A DNA stretch of 64,000 bases from Adineta vaga (lineage: Eukaryota; Animalia; Rotifera). Below the pieces are notes generated by a model, which was not told the origin of the DNA, did not search any database, and worked only from the letters and a program-made list of their open reading frames with translations. A program made the translations under genes and the position numbers. The stretch is taken from NCBI GenBank assembly GCA_021613535.1, contig CP075496.1, forward strand, positions 7,626,001 to 7,690,000, read 5' to 3'. How positions within the stretch are numbered: the stretch's first letter is position 1; each line of letters starts with the position of its first letter. Shown here piece after piece: positions 56,753 through 64,000 of the stretch.

Positions 56753-59700
56753 CTACATTATCGAGCATGCTCGACTTTGTGCAATCACCGGAGCACTACC
56801 AATACGTGCCAGCTTCCTCTTCTCTCCTACTTTCATCTTTTCCTCTCTCCGTAAACTTGTCTTTGGTCGTTGCATATCGAGTAAATGTCGTCGTGGTTGA
56901 GTCGGCTCAACTTCAGGCACAGCTTGTTTCAATCGTGCGAGAATCATTTCAAATTCTTTACCACTCCACCTTTCTTTTCCATCACTTGGATGTCGAAAAT
57001 CGATATAAGATCGTTCAGCAAACACCATTGACATCGGACCAGCTGGTGGCCATGTTTGTGTATCTTCAATCAACAGTGGAACGATCAACTTCTCCAAAGC
57101 ATCAGACAAAGCCATTTCTCGACGACAATTGATCGATTTTGTGTACTTCGGCGTTACGCATGACAAAATACATTTTGCATGACGAATACCTGTGTCAATC
57201 TTTTCAAACAGTGAATCACCGCCACCCATCTGAAAAATATCTAACCAACAACGATAACCAAGCTTTGTTAACTTCTTGTACAAGATGACAATCTCTTTTT
57301 GACAATCCCACTGATACGAGATCATGACTTGTGGATGAGTGACGACCAGTGGCGTATCATCATCATCATCGTTCTTGTCTTTCTTCTCATCTTTTGTCGT
57401 CGTCGTCTTCGTCGTCGTCGCTGGTTCAGTTTTAGTACTCTGCGTGGTGGTGATCGTCGTCGATGGTGGTGCAGTCGAAGGTGTTGGCTGAAGAAAGATC
57501 AGATTATCAACACGAGGTACAAACCAATTGCGATACTGGTCACCAATCATGTCTGGATCAGGTGCAACGTGATAACGAATTTGACCCAGCAATTCAGTGA
57601 ACTTATCAGCTGGCCAATAGTCTTCATCGTTCGCTTTTCGATCAAAGAATCGGATGTACAAGTATTCACTCATGATCGGTCCCAGAGCACCTTCGGGTGG
57701 CCACGTTTGCTTTTCCATTTGTAGAGGAATCAATGGTTTGCCTGTACTGATCGTGAGATGGACTTCACGTGAACAATTGTCGGATTGTGCATACTTTTTG
57801 TTCAAACAACAGACAACAACTTTGGCACCACGAATGCCAGCATCGATCTTTGCAAACAGTTTATCACCACCACCCATTTCGCCTGTGTCCATCCAACACG
57901 CATAACCAGCTTGTTCGAGATGTGATTTTAGTCGAGTAACAGCTTTTTGTGAACCCCACTGATACGAGAGAAACACAGGCGGCAGCCGTTTGATATCGAT
58001 GTCGAGATCATCAGGAATGAGTTGACCAGCAGTTGTCATTGCTTTTCGAATGATATCTTCGACGTCTTGTCGACCGATTTCGTTGAGCATTTTGACTAAT
58101 CCATACGTTGCTTCATCTGCTTTGTGTGTCATATACCATTCATTGAGTAATGACATGGACGGATCTAATTGCATAGCCCAATGTTTGAGTTCACTTGTGG
58201 AATAGCCAAAACGTCTGCCAAGTAGTCGCCAATCATTTGTAGCACGAACATTGAGAAGTCGACATGCTTCGTGACCCCATTCTGATGGCACATAACTCAA
58301 GGTCTTTGCGTCGATACGTTCAATATCGCGAGCTTGAGACTGAACTTGTTCGTTGAGTTGAATGATGTTTGTATCGACGGCATCGATGCGTGCATCCAAA
58401 TTAGTCATCTATGTATACGAATAAGAGAAAAAAAGCATAATTATTGATGATGAAGGAAACGTTAACACATATTCTGCGCTCGAAACTGAAAGGAAGAGAT
58501 ACTTACATGTAGTTCTTGTCGTTTCACTAGTTTCGTTATATTGTTAACATTCTTCTCAGTATGAACAACACGTTCTTCGATTTGGGACATTTCATCCAAT
58601 GTTCGATTCAGTGTCGCTTGATGTTCTTCGCTCATTTTATTTCCATCAATCATATCGAGCAACATTCGACATGCTGAGTTCGATTCAAACTCCAACAGAT
58701 CATCACGTTTCTTGGCAAGAACCGTTTTATGTCGAATGCCAATCAGTTGACATGTGTGAAATATGTATGAACATAGATCAGCAGAGATGTTCTTTGTATT
58801 TCTGATTAAATCGATCAACAGTGTGAGATACTCATCAGCTGCTTGTTCACCATTGATGATGGTTGATGCCACGAGATATTGTTGCAGACAAGTGAATGCT
58901 TCGAATGTTTGTTGTTGTTGTTGCTGGGAAACGAGAAGAATGAGTTGTTGTCGATGTTTGTCGAAGAGATGTGGTTGTGTGCTGGCAACATGGCTGAGTA
59001 ATCGGCAGATAGTTTGAGTTGTATTCGGTTGATGATAAATGTCGATGGAGGTGAATAAATAGTCGATTTGTGATTCGGTGATGATGTGTGGATGTGATTT
59101 GAGAATAATATCGAGAAGTGATGCGATGGTCGGAAGATGCTGTGCATTGTTGTCGAAAAGAAGATGAATAAGATCGTTGAGTCGATGATGAAATGGTTGT
59201 GGATGTTTCGCGTATATTGTCTGAATAGATATGAAACTTAGTAAGAATGTAGTGGCATCATTAATCAGAAAACCATAGATCGAACATATATGTGATAGAG
59301 GAAAAAGAGTTTTTATTATTTGCTGCACATGTTCGACTTGTAAATTATATGCATGTAACATGCAGTATCTATACTATTCCAGTGCTTTAGTATCCGTACT
59401 AGGACTGTTTATTCTAGCATTGTTGCTATGTTCATCACGATTAGAATTGTATTTGGGTAGTAGTAACATTTCATGTACGGATAAAAGTAAAACGTTAAAC
59501 TTACGGATAGTACGCCGATCAATATCATAAGTTTGTGATCGATGATTGCTGTAAGAAACTGTTCACTATGTTCAGCCGCCATAGTTGGAAATTTCAGTCC
59601 CACAATAATCCAGAACGTAGTCCACCATGAATGTATGCTATCCTCATTTTCTTCATATATCAACTCAAATAAACGATCCACACATCTCTCATATGCACGA

Positions 59701-61724
59701 GCATCATTCTCATTATCAATACATGGTCCGATTGCAAACCATATAACCAAAGCTGTATAATGTTCCGTCGTTGGCAAACCACTTTCATTGTGCAACGGAC
59801 AGTTCAATGCTGACAAACAGTATCTCGCTAACTCTTCGTGCATAATAGTCGGAAAAGGTTTCAGTGGTTGCAAACATCGTCTCAGTAGTTTGCCAAGAAC
59901 CTGTGAACAAACAGCAATACATGGCAAACGTTTTAGTTGTAGACAGTACAGTATACATACCCTCAAAAACTGCTCATAATGTGATTCAACAACATATGTA
60001 TCATCATCGACACTGTCCACATGTTTCTGAAGAATGCTAATGAGTTGACGACATATATCGACCGTCATTTGTTTTTCGTCGACGAGTTCTGTCATTGGTT
60101 CACCCATTGTATACACATGTTTTGGATACGCTTGTGCATTGCCGATATTGATAGGCGATGACCACTTTAGAACTGCTTCTAAAGCTGGTCGATGCGTTGC
60201 TCGGAACATCGATGGGTTTGTTGCTGCTCGATCATGAATTAATTTGAGCATATCATCTAGCTTGTCTAATTCAGAATTTGTTGAACTGACTACAATCTGA
60301 TCGTATGCGCTGCATGATTGGATGAGATGAGTAAGTTGTTGATCCAGTTGCTTCCATGGATAAAACTCACTTATACTCAACAGACGTTTCGCACAACTAG
60401 GAGCTTCGATAACAGTGAGATCAACAATTGCCACAATCAGATCAAAGCAACTATTTCCAAGTTTCTTGTTTAGCTTCTTTTTCGTGAGTTCATATGACAG
60501 TGGTGAGACAAGATGTTTACAAAAAGAAGATCGACATTCGAGATCGACTACTGATGAGCACATACGAATGAAAGTTTGGATGAGTTCTTCGAGATTTGTG
60601 ATTAAGTCGAAGTGGGGAGCAATGACATGAGAGAAGAAACATTCTGCTTCTTTGAAGAGGTTGTGCGAAACAAGTTTTTCGATGGCTACATAGATTTGAG
60701 ATGGATCGTTTTTGAATAAATCTGGATGTTGTTGAAGTGATTTTGCAAGAAGACTAACATATTTTGGAGAGACAGGTGGTGCGATTGCAGCCGATATGTG
60801 CTGCTGTGCATCGGTCGGCGATGTAAACATGTCGAATAGTGTTGAAAATGTGCCTTCTATGGTGAGTAAAATTTCCAACCAAATATCTGATTGATTAAAA
60901 TGCTGAGCTGCAAATCTTTAATGTAGAGAAAATTAAATTAAATCAAGAAGCAAATGACTATTTTTTCGACCAAGAACGAAGACAATATTTAGCTAAATTG
61001 TTATTGGAAAGTGATAATCAAACTGTAAACACATAGCTTCATAAGTGGTATAAAAAAATTTCGTTATAAGGAGAACGAATTAATTTTCGAGCTTTTGATA
61101 ATACACATTCTTATGTGTAACACGTTTCTTACGCTAAAGATAAAATTACCTGTAGAATTGTTGATAACTACTTCTCATTATCATCATTGTTTCTAATTTG
61201 TTTAATTTATTCACATCAGAACTTATCGGTGAAAACATGCCTCTTGTTAAAAAATATTTCCATTGTTCTTCCACTTTAACATCACAATTCTTCTTTGAAA
61301 ATTCATGTTTTTGCAAACAAAGAAGAATCTTTTCCATTAAATCAACACATCCATCGTTGCACAAACGTTCGCCCAATCGATATGTATAATATACTTTTTC
61401 AATCAGTCGCAAATTGAGCATCTTATTTGTGTCTGGTACATCTAATAAATGACAAAATATTCGTACTAATTCATCGTTCGACGGTAACGGACCATTAGAC
61501 AGTGTCTTCAAAGTTACATCAATAAAAGTCAGCTTGATGTTTGCACACTGTTCATTATCAGCTGCGACATAATCAGTGAGAGCATCTAAAGATTTGATTT
61601 TAAATGATGGTTGATCAGTTTCTGAAATATTGATTGATAATTTATGGAATTGATCGAATATAGCAGGCCATTGACTTTCGAGTTGGTCATTATCATGAGG
61701 AAGTTGTCGAATAAGAACATCCAT
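56753..61724 (-). CDS. Helical-repeat / coiled coil / Death / TIR / TIR / CaaX protein, copy B (exons 61724-61150, 60915-59505, 59220-58507, 58408-56753; ~1450 aa)
   Basis: Tandem duplicate of copy A. All three introns splice in frame (QQFYR|FAAQHF, IGVLS|TIYAK, QELH|MTNLD). Confidence 0.87.
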
Positions 61725-62031
61725 ATTTTGTATTTTTATAATAATAATACTACTACGAACGTTGTATTTTTATTTTCGTAATGACGTGAAAAAATAGAAA
61801 GTATAAACGTATGTATGTCGACTGTAGAAAGAAAAATAACGTTGCTATGTTCGATATAGTAACGAAGAAGAATGATGTTCTTTTTTTTGTAGGTAAATAG
61901 AATTTCAAGCTTTGGTCTGGTAAATGCTTTCTTTTATTTTCAAATAATATTTTGCGTCAATTTATATATACAAACGTTTTTAAGATACATCTACACACAA
62001 AGGATCGAAAAAAATATATATCTATAGAATT

Positions 62032-64000
62032 TTAATCATAAATCTGTTCAATATTCTCGCGATCATCGAATTGATTCAAATCCAATGTAAGACAATGACT
62101 TGTAATGCAATCACCGGGCTAAAAATAGAAATAAAGACAAGGAAAAGCATTTTGGAATTCAATTGATGAGGTTTCAAAATGAATTAGTTTACTTCAGGAT
62201 AAATGCCAACAAGTGCATCAGCACGTGAATAGAATTGTTCTTTTAATGAGATAACAATACATTGAAATTCAGATGCCGATTGTTCACGAATGAAATCAGC
62301 TACTTTGCCGATGTTTGTATTATCGAGAGCAGCATCGACTTCGTCCAGTAAGAAGAATGGAGCTGGTTTAAAACTGCAATACAAGCATTATACATGAATT
62401 CATATGACACTAAATTCGATTCATAGACTAACAAGACTTGTCTCTATCAAGCTGTTTGTATTATATGAACGAACCTTCGTAAAGCAAATAGTAAACATAT
62501 AGCTGCAACTGTTTTTTCACCACCAGATAAATTTTCCATTGCTTGAAAACGTTTACCAGGTGCAACACAATTATATGTTATTCCACCACGATATGGTTCT
62601 TCAGCATCTTCAGCAGTTAAACAAGCTACAGCAGCTTGTGAATTCGTTAATGATTTATAAATATCATCAATACATGCTGATACATGTTCATAAAGTGCAT
62701 TAAATCGATCACAACGTTCTTTTTTAACTGTTTCAAAAGTTTGTCTTGCTAGTTTAGCTGCATTTCGTGCACGTTCAAATTCGGCATTTGTCAATTCAAA
62801 TGTAGATTTTACTTCACGTGAACGTGCATCAATGACTGAAGTTTGTGGAAGATGTTTTTGAAGTTGAATTTCAATATCAGCCATTTGTTTAATTAGTAAT
62901 TTTTCTTCTTTATCAATTTGATCATAATTTATTTTCTTTAAATCATCACGTAAACGTTTGAAATTTAAGTCAAATTTATCTTCTTTTTCATAGATTTGTT
63001 TTGTTTCAACTTGACTTGTTAATGTTCCATCGCCATTTGATAATGTCGAAGAATCCGTCGTTGTTGTTGATTGAGTCATTAACATTGTTGTGGAAGAATT
63101 ACTTTGAGTTTGAGTACTAACGACACTTGTATCGTCGGATGAAGACGTTTCGGCAAGAGAGATTTTAGCCATAGAACCAGCATTACCACGAAATGGCAAT
63201 GAAATTTCATTTAACTAAAAGAAAAAAAGTGAGTTGTATCTTTGTCATAATTGAGAAGTTTAGTTTTAACGAAAGAGAAGATTTAAGAAATGTTTAACTC
63301 TATACCTTCGCTGTTCGGTAAAAATTATGTCGATCCAAACGTAATTTATCAATATCACTTTCGATAAGTTGTAATCGTTTTCGTTGTTCATTAAAATCTT
63401 TATTTAATTGTGTAGCACGTTTACTATAATCATTTAATTCACGTTCTTGAAATTCAATTTTCTGCTTATGATCCAATAATCGATCCTTAATATCACCAAT
63501 TTCTTGTTGAAGATCTTCAATAATCTAAATAAATATCGAATATAACTTTCCGAATTACTTTGAAAATAAATTCTATCTTCTGTACTTTGCGATATTTTTT
63601 TTCATTTTTTTGACATTTTTGTAAAGCATCTTCTAATGTCGTAACTTCATTTTGAATTTCTTCTACATGACCAGCAGTATCACGAGATCGTTCGAATTCA
63701 AGCATTGTTTGAATTTTTATTATTTGATTTTCAAATTCTAAACGTTCTTGTGCTCGTTTTTCAGCTGCTTGTAATTCACGATCTTCGTAAACACTAAAAA
63801 AACATCGAATATTTGAAACAAAACTTAAAAAACAAACTAATGAGTTAATCTACCGAATATTGGAAACATGAATTTGTTTACAAAATTCAGTGAATACTAC
63901 ATCTTCGATTTTATTTTTTTCGATACGTAATTTTGATATACGTTTTTCTCGTTCGTCGATCGATGCTTGTAGAACATTAATTCTCGGCTAAATATATAAG
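62032..64000 (-). CDS. SMC1: Structural maintenance of chromosomes protein 1 (cohesin), 3' portion; 5' end is beyond the window
   Basis: [31 protein letters not shown] (signature), [20 protein letters not shown] (Walker B/D-loop), [22 protein letters not shown], preceded by coiled coil. Confidence 0.96.

Noticed and set aside
49299-61724. Prokaryotic Thoeris/TIR anti-phage system or bacterial contaminant
   Set aside because: The genes have spliceosomal introns, a Death domain and a CaaX box, and they lie beside eukaryotic SMC1.

Overview
AT-rich, gene-dense eukaryotic (metazoan) genomic DNA with many short (~50-65 nt) GT-AG introns. Composition, intron size and the membrane-anchored NHL genes suggest a bdelloid rotifer; this is inferred, not proven. 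Genes, left to right: a truncated ZAP/PARP12-like CCCH zinc-finger gene (largely missed by the ORF track, with a frameshift), RPB10, two tandem ABCC4/MRP4-like transporters (the second with a double frameshift), PIG-K/GPI8, lipin, a head-to-head pair of NHL-repeat genes, TMEM245, a third (inverted) ABCC4-like gene, a large secreted TSP1/TIL-repeat protein with microexons, a Pro-rich orphan ORF, two tandem ~1450-aa genes, and the 3' part of SMC1. The best candidate for a novel system is the tandem pair, with architecture helical-repeat / coiled coil / Death / TIR / TIR / polybasic-CaaX. It may be a prenylated innate-immune receptor combining MyD88-like and SARM1-like features; both TIRs keep the putative catalytic Glu, and one copy carries a candidate TIR-less alternative terminal exon. 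A second strong signal is tract-limited sequence homogenisation (gene conversion) in both the ABCC and TIR gene families. Exon boundaries were read by eye and are approximate. No tRNA, rRNA, CRISPR array or intact transposon was recognised.
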